12,413 bases of DNA from Oligoflexus sp. Its GTDB lineage: Bacteria; Bdellovibrionota_B; Oligoflexia; Oligoflexales; Oligoflexaceae. The stretch covers positions 1 to 12,413 of the forward strand of contig JBGSTX010000115.1 of the NCBI GenBank assembly GCA_041736305.1. Reading direction: 5' to 3'. The position numbers and the translations under genes were made by a program. Below the pieces are notes generated by a model that saw nothing but the letters and a program-made list of their open reading frames with translations, made no database searches and was not told the origin of the DNA. This document shows positions 7,144 through 12,413 of the stretch, piece after piece. Each line of letters begins with the position of its first letter. Positions within the stretch are counted from its first letter, which is position 1.

Positions 7144-8082
7144 GCATACAGTCCCATTCAGCTGCAAAAAAAGAGGCTTTTGTTCGAGCTGCTTTGCTAA
7201 ACGTGCAGCGGAAATAGAGGAACACCTGATTGAAAATCTACTCCCACGAGTTCCTTTGTCTTCGAAAACGCGGCTTGCTTGAAGATGAGATAAAAGATCA
7301 GCCCGTATCCGAACAATTGGCGAGTGTTCAGGCTGCCCGTCAGGCGTCAGTAGCCCAGCGAATAGCCATCGGTGAGCGAGCTGGCCAGCGCGTGCGAAAG
7401 CTAGCTTATCGTCAGCAGGAGGACATGATGGAGCTCATGGGAACTCAGTGTCTGGCCCTTTCTGGCTTTAGCCTCCATGCAGCCCGACACCTGCATCGGG
7501 AGGATCGCAAAGGTCTCAGTCAGCTGGTTTTCTATATGGGCCGACCAGCCCTCAGTATCCAGCGACTCGAGGAAGCGGGCGATGGCGATCTCATCTATTA
7601 TCTTCGCAAAGAATGGAAGGATGGGACCACTGGCGTCAAACTAAGCCCGACCGAAATCATCGAGAACTTAGTGGCTCTTATACCGCCACCGCGTAACCCA
7701 CTTATTCGTTTCGGCGGTGTATTTGCGCCGAACTATTCGCGGCGCGAGGAAAGTTAAACGCCTTGATGGCCATAGGCGAGCAGCGAGAAGAGTCTTGAAG
7801 TCCTAAAGCGCGATAAGTTTTGCCTTGAAACCGAGATGGGTCACGCACAGGAGGGGTGAAAAATACAAGGTAAGATGCTTTTGGATTACCTACTCCCAGC
7901 CGCGGTTTGATCGAACCGAGAGACTGCCGCTCGTCGCGCACTTCCGCTCGAAAGTTGGTACGCATTGGCAATTGCAGGAAGTGGCACAGTATCCAGCTAG
8001 CCACAGTTATGGCCTCACCCGTGTCCGTGTGGACACTATTCTCTCTCACCTTGAGCCTCATCCACCTGCTCACGGTCCCTGA
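7121..8082 (+). pseudogene. Disrupted IS91/ISCR-family rolling-circle (HUH) transposase
   Basis: 7121-7255 encodes the Zn-binding motif TCGFEHTVPFSCKKRGFCSSC...HLIENLLPRVP (not in the ORF track). 7257-7757 encodes GFSLHA...FYMGRP...DGTT...LVALIPPPRNPLIRFGGVFAPN. A decayed C-terminus ILSHLEPHPPAHGP ends at 8082. Frameshifts and a premature stop are present. Confidence 0.85.
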
Positions 8083-8182
8083 ACTCAACATTCTATCGAC
8101 GGCCTCTGGCCACCCCTCAGACTTAGACTTGACGTGAGATCCGCCTTCGAGCTTAACTTGTAAAGCCACTCTGCACAGTCAC

Positions 8183-8197
8183 TGGCATAATGATTGC
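8183..8197 (+). promoter_or_regulatory. Putative sigma54 (-24/-12) promoter of the cytochrome/DUF1501 operon
   Basis: TGGCATAATGATTGC matches TGGCA-N6-TTGC exactly, 82 nt upstream of ATG 8280. Confidence 0.72.
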
Positions 8198-8279
8198 TTA
8201 CGATCACAAACATCGTACTTTTTGAGTATGCTGATCATCTCCGAAATCATCAGAGACCCATTTCACCCTGAGGACATCG

Positions 8280-9626
8280 ATGAAGCGCATTCTCGTCTGC
8301 CTGCTCTCTAATCTATTCCTGACCTTGACTTTGCGAGCTGAACCTCAACCGCTACCTCCAGAGCGGCTGGTGCAAAAGCTGGCCTTTGTCCTCACTGGCC
8401 GAGCAGCTCTCCCAGGGGAGATCGAGAAGTTCAAGTCTGATCTGCAGGCGACTCCCGACGCCTTTATTTCAAGCTATAGAGCTCTCGTAGAGCGCTATAT
8501 GAAAACTCCCGCCTTTGCGCAGCGCATCCAGGTTCTCCACCAGATGTGGTGGCATGTGCCCCTTGAATTGTCGGCAAGGCATGCCGCCTATGTTGTGACT
8601 CAGGATTTGCCCTACGAAGAAATCTATACGAGAAATTACCTCTATCTCAATGCAGAAGACACCGGATTCTATCAGGCACTCAGCGCCGGGACTCTCGGCG
8701 ATCTACCGACTCAGCCCGGGCCCCCTGTGCGAGTCCTGATCTCTCCGGAGGAAAAGCGCTTTCGCGGTTTTTTCGGGTCACCCGACTTTCTCATCACCTA
8801 TCCCGACACCGCGTCTAACGTCAATAGAAAGCGTTCAAGTCAGGTGTTCCGCATAGCCTTCTGCGAAACCTTGAAAAATCCCGTGACCGAGGAACTGGGT
8901 CGCATGAATGAAGACGAACACGGCAGTAGCCCCGACTGCGTCGGCTGTCACCGCCGCCTCGATCCTATGGCCCGCTTCTTTGATCAGTGGCGACCTGCTC
9001 AGCTCTTCGATCCCCTTCCTTACGACGCCTCCCAGCCAAGCCAGGGTTCGGTCTTCCTGGGCGGAACGCTCGGAATGGATAAACGATTCGAGGGCTTCGC
9101 TGATAGTGATTTAGGAGCTATCGTCGTCAAGCAGCCTGAGTTCGGTGCCTGTGTCTCCAAACTTGCCTGGCAATTGGTCTATGGACGCGAGGTCCCTATC
9201 GATGCCGAGACAGATATCCAACTTCAGCAGCAGTATCAGACAAGCAAACGCTTCAAAACCCTGGTGACCAGTGCACTGCTCCATCCTTATTTTTGGAGTG
9301 ATCGGCAGGTCCCGACTCTCACTTATCGCGAAATTCGCCCCCTTCTACAAAACTGCGGTTCCTGCCATGCCCGCAGTGAGTTGACCACTTTCCAGCCCGA
9401 TGTTTATCCTTTTCTCGAAGCCCCAGCCGACAACGTTCAACTTCTGAAAAAAATATGGACGGCAATTAATCGCTGGGCTGGAGCCAAGCCTATGCCGCTG
9501 CCACCTCAGCCTAAACTGCCACAGGAAAGCTTAGATTCCATTCGTGTCTGGCTTGAAAACGGTGCTCTGAACGATGCAGGTTCGCGCACTTTAAACGATG
9601 AAGAGATTGAGGAGATTTTGCAATGA
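8280..9626 (+). CDS. Exported diheme c-type cytochrome with DUF1549/DUF1588/DUF1585-like segments
   Basis: Signal peptide (LRA|EP) and SD GAGGA. CxxCH at 8937-8951 (CVGCHRRLDP) and 9354-9368 (IRPLLQNCGSCH...PMP...IRVWLENGA). N-terminal LTGR...YRALVERYMKTPAF is DUF1549-like. Confidence 0.85.
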   Translation: MKRILVCLLSNLFLTLTLRAEPQPLPPERLVQKLAFVLTGRAALPGEIEKFKSDLQATPDAFISSYRALVERYMKTPAFAQRIQVLHQMWWHVPLELSARHAAYVVTQDLPYEEIYTRNYLYLNAEDTGFYQALSAGTLGDLPTQPGPPVRVLISPEEKRFRGFFGSPDFLITYPDTASNVNRKRSSQVFRIAFCETLKNPVTEELGRMNEDEHGSSPDCVGCHRRLDPMARFFDQWRPAQLFDPLPYDASQPSQGSVFLGGTLGMDKRFEGFADSDLGAIVVKQPEFGACVSKLAWQLVYGREVPIDAETDIQLQQQYQTSKRFKTLVTSALLHPYFWSDRQVPTLTYREIRPLLQNCGSCHARSELTTFQPDVYPFLEAPADNVQLLKKIWTAINRWAGAKPMPLPPQPKLPQESLDSIRVWLENGALNDAGSRTLNDEEIEEILQ

Positions 9627-10210
9627 GACTTGGATTATTTTCGGCCCTGCTGCTCGGCTTGATCACGGAGTCTTTGGCCTTCAGTCGTCCTATTTATCTT
9701 GGACCCGGGGAAAAAGAGTATGTCGCCCGCGATAGCGTACCAATCTCGACTCTCTCCTACATGAGAGCCGATCAGATGGCGCAAAAGGTGCGATCCCTCA
9801 CAGGCTTCTATGAAACTGGTTTCGATGAATTTGCATTTATCCTCGGCACCATCGATCCCAAAACCGGAACTCTCACCAACGATAGACCCACCGTCGTGAG
9901 CGTCATCGTGCTGGAGAAGCTGACCGCCGAGGTGGCCAACGCCGTGCTGGAGCGCGAGATTTTTCTCGATGACGCTGATCGAGTCGTTTTCACTGGCTTT
10001 GATCTCAGTGTCTCTCCTGATGAAAAAGCCCTGCAAGCGGAGCTCGATCGCCTCTGTCTGGCCTTTTTTGCGCAAACCTGTGCACCGGTAAGCAGCCTCG
10101 CCTGGCGCGAGGATTTTCGGGCCACAGAAAAATCCAGTGGTGGTTCGATGAAAGCCTGGACCCAGCTGCTCGGCAAGCTCTTGCAAGACGGTACACTTTA
10201 CTACTACTAA
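9623..10210 (+). CDS. Exported hypothetical partner protein
   Basis: ATGA overlap with the upstream gene, SD GGAGGAG and signal peptide (SLA|FS). The helical C-terminus ending LLQDGTLYYY resembles small partners in DUF1501 clusters (inference). Confidence 0.8.
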   Translation: MRLGLFSALLLGLITESLAFSRPIYLGPGEKEYVARDSVPISTLSYMRADQMAQKVRSLTGFYETGFDEFAFILGTIDPKTGTLTNDRPTVVSVIVLEKLTAEVANAVLEREIFLDDADRVVFTGFDLSVSPDEKALQAELDRLCLAFFAQTCAPVSSLAWREDFRATEKSSGGSMKAWTQLLGKLLQDGTLYYY

Positions 10211-10226
10211 TCAAAGGATTTAACCT

Positions 10227-11498
10227 ATGTGGTCGCGACGAGCTATCATCGAGAATGTTCTGAAATCCACGGCACTAGGCCTCCCCCTGCCGCGCTTGGT
10301 CGGCAGCGCTTCAGCAGCTGAGGTCGAGCCGCATTTTATTGTCTACCTGCAGGTTTATGGAGCATGGGACGTCTGCCTGGCCTTTGACCCGAAAGATCGG
10401 GACAGCCTCACGTCGATCGGAACTCGTGCTTTTGACCAGCCCTACGCTTTTTCGGAGGTGAAGGAATATGCAGGAATGCGCTTTGGGCCGGCAGCCTTTC
10501 CACTTGCGGCAGCCTTCGCCGATCGCATGGCCATCGTCAATGGCATCGATATGGAGCTTGATAGTGGTCATACACCAGCAAGCATCATGAGTGGTGACTC
10601 GACTGCACTGAGTTCTTCCAAGCCCTTTCTCCAGGCCATTCTATCGGACCGTAATGCCTATGTCCGCAGTCGACTGATCCCTCATCTCTACGCTTCCTAC
10701 GATGGCTTTTTCTCTGCGGGCAATTTTGGCGCAAAATCTATAGCGATCTCACAAAAAGACGCTTATTCTATTCTCTTTGGCACCGGATCTTCAGGAAGTG
10801 AGCTCCTCAAGGTCGAAGCGTCTACTCAATTCAACGCGGCATCCTACCAGGGCAGCGCTAGAACGAAGCTTAAGCAGTATGAAAAGGCTCTTCGCTCTGC
10901 TTCTGCCCTCCGTGAAAAGCTGAGTGGAGCGGGAGCTGTAGAATTTCCTGAAAATGCTAGCTCTATGGGCAGCATGGTGGGTCGGCTCTTTCAGTCAGGC
11001 CTCCTAGGCTCCTTGACTTGGTCCCTCGGCGAAGCCTATAACTTTGATACGCACTTCAATCATTACGCGCAGCATCCTCTGGCTCAGGCTTTGACAGATG
11101 TCACAAGCTTTTGTCAAAGTCTTGCTGCTATAAAATTCGATGAGGAGCGATCGGTCATGGATCTAACGACCGTGGTCATGGCTGGCGAATTCGCGAGGAC
11201 CCCGCTGCTCAACTCTTCAGCTGGCAAAGATCATAATTTTCGAACGAATACGATCGCCTTCATCGGTAAGAATGTGCGGGCTGGTGGCTTCGGAGCTAGC
11301 GGCGAAAGACGGCTGAGCCCCACTTTGCTCGAATCTCATGCAGGGCTTCCGGTAAGCCTTGTTACTGGTCGCCCTGATGCAGGCGGCTCGGTTCTGAAGA
11401 GTCGGCAGGTCTGGGCCGGCTCCGGGAAGATTCTGGGAGCTGACCTCACTGCTGAATTCGGTGAAGATACGAAGGCCATCAAATTTCTGGGGGTTTAA
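10227..11498 (+). CDS. DUF1501-family protein with twin-arginine (Tat) signal
   Basis: SRRAII...ASA|A Tat-like leader. Motifs GAWD...FDPK, FDTH and TTVVMAGEFARTPLLN..GKDH. SD AAGGA. Confidence 0.88.
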   Translation: MWSRRAIIENVLKSTALGLPLPRLVGSASAAEVEPHFIVYLQVYGAWDVCLAFDPKDRDSLTSIGTRAFDQPYAFSEVKEYAGMRFGPAAFPLAAAFADRMAIVNGIDMELDSGHTPASIMSGDSTALSSSKPFLQAILSDRNAYVRSRLIPHLYASYDGFFSAGNFGAKSIAISQKDAYSILFGTGSSGSELLKVEASTQFNAASYQGSARTKLKQYEKALRSASALREKLSGAGAVEFPENASSMGSMVGRLFQSGLLGSLTWSLGEAYNFDTHFNHYAQHPLAQALTDVTSFCQSLAAIKFDEERSVMDLTTVVMAGEFARTPLLNSSAGKDHNFRTNTIAFIGKNVRAGGFGASGERRLSPTLLESHAGLPVSLVTGRPDAGGSVLKSRQVWAGSGKILGADLTAEFGEDTKAIKFLGV

Positions 11499-12413
11499 AT
11501 GTTTTTCCATCTCGGCACATCGAGGCTTTGGACATATATTCTCGTTTTTGCTGCAGCTTATGGTCTATTTTCGCAGGGGACTCTTTATGCTCAAAGTACA
11601 TCGATTTTCTACGACGCTGCTCAGCAGACCTACTTTATTAATGGCTCCGCCTCGTTTGGCCTCGGAAATTTTGACGCTAAGGTGACGCCGGGTGGCGAAG
11701 TTGAGAATTTCGATCCTAGGTTCACGAGCTTTGCCTTTTTCAAAGATGGAAGCCAAAGCGCACGGGCGCTTCGACTGCCGATCGGCAGCGGCCTTTTGTC
11801 TGAGAAAAACCGCTTCTATCAGGTGCAAGAAGACGGTCGCACCAGCAGTCGCCTTCTGTTTGACCAGGACCTTATTCCCTGTCCACCTCCTGATACATGC
11901 GCACTTTTGCAAAGCGGCGAGTTCAATGGCCATCAGCTAGCTATCTATTTTTCTGCTGCCAATGGTTTCAAGATAGTCGAGTGGAAGGGTCAGACTTACG
12001 GCGAGATCTTACCTGAGTTCGATGGACTTGACTTTGAGGACATGATCTTTCTTAACGACGCGCTCTCGTTCATGCTGCCTCTAGGTAGCAGAGGAAATTC
12101 AGCTCTTTTTAGGCGAATTTATAATTCTGACGAAGCGCTCGTGATCAAACTGCGTTCGCCTACTAAGAAGCACAGCTTGGTGACCATCCCCCGCACGGGA
12201 ACGGCTTTAGTCATGATCAACGGTGCCTGGAGCAAGCAGGGTCAGCTCTATATCCTCCTCACGAGCCAGGGTAAGAGTGAAATCTACAGGCTAAGCCAGA
12301 ACCAGGAAGCTGAAGCCGAAGTCAAAATCGAGAACCTCACTGCCGCATGGGGTGATATTTTAGGTAGTAGCGCGGGCCTCGGGATCGATGCCAGTGGGGT
12401 GGCATATGTCCTG
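11499..12413 (+). CDS. Exported beta-rich hypothetical protein, 3'-truncated by the window (possible beta-propeller)
   Basis: Manual translation: ATG directly after the DUF1501 TAA, open for 305 codons to the window end (MFFHLGTSRLWTYILVFAAAYGLFSQGTLYA|QSTSIFYD...AWSKQGQLYILL...GLGIDASGVAYVL). Signal-peptide-like N-terminus. Confidence 0.85.
   Translation, partial: MFFHLGTSRLWTYILVFAAAYGLFSQGTLYAQSTSIFYDAAQQTYFINGSASFGLGNFDAKVTPGGEVENFDPRFTSFAFFKDGSQSARALRLPIGSGLLSEKNRFYQVQEDGRTSSRLLFDQDLIPCPPPDTCALLQSGEFNGHQLAIYFSAANGFKIVEWKGQTYGEILPEFDGLDFEDMIFLNDALSFMLPLGSRGNSALFRRIYNSDEALVIKLRSPTKKHSLVTIPRTGTALVMINGAWSKQGQLYILLTSQGKSEIYRLSQNQEAEAEVKIENLTAAWGDILGSSAGLGIDASGVAYVL

Noticed and set aside
8081-8100. 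Possible ISCR oriIS (…ACATTCTATCG)
   Set aside because: Only a weak partial resemblance to the TTCCTAT-type end and unusually close to the decayed stop.
7702-8169. 155-aa minus-strand ORF
   Set aside because: Antisense to the transposase relic, with no motif or convincing start.
9635-11940. ORFs 9635..10186, 9808..10176, 10311..10571, 11217..11510, 11461..11685, 11565..11933 and 11692..11940
   Set aside because: Shadows of operon genes, including the real frame starting at 11499.
1-12413. CRISPR array, rRNA, tRNA or integron attC array
   Set aside because: No regularly spaced repeats, RNA gene signatures or paired RYYYAAC/GTTRRRY cassette ends were seen.

Overview
Bacterial accessory region of roughly 50% GC. 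The gene content suggests Bdellovibrionota/Oligoflexia (inference). In order: an MNT-HEPN toxin-antitoxin-like pair; a structured convergent intergenic region; two secreted hypothetical proteins divergent from a TIGR02147/DUF4423-type HTH protein; a divergent SDR/TetR pair with two operator palindromes; a Cys-containing lipoprotein with a strong terminator and a sigma54-like promoter; about 1.4 kb of mobile-element debris (IS200/IS605-like end, an HTH fragment and an internally deleted IS91/ISCR-type transposase); and a sigma54-preceded operon of four predicted exported proteins. That operon encodes a diheme cytochrome c with DUF1549/1588/1585-like parts, a partner protein, a Tat-type DUF1501 protein, and a beta-rich protein that runs off the window and is missing from the ORF track. 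All family calls are motif recognition by eye; no searches were run.
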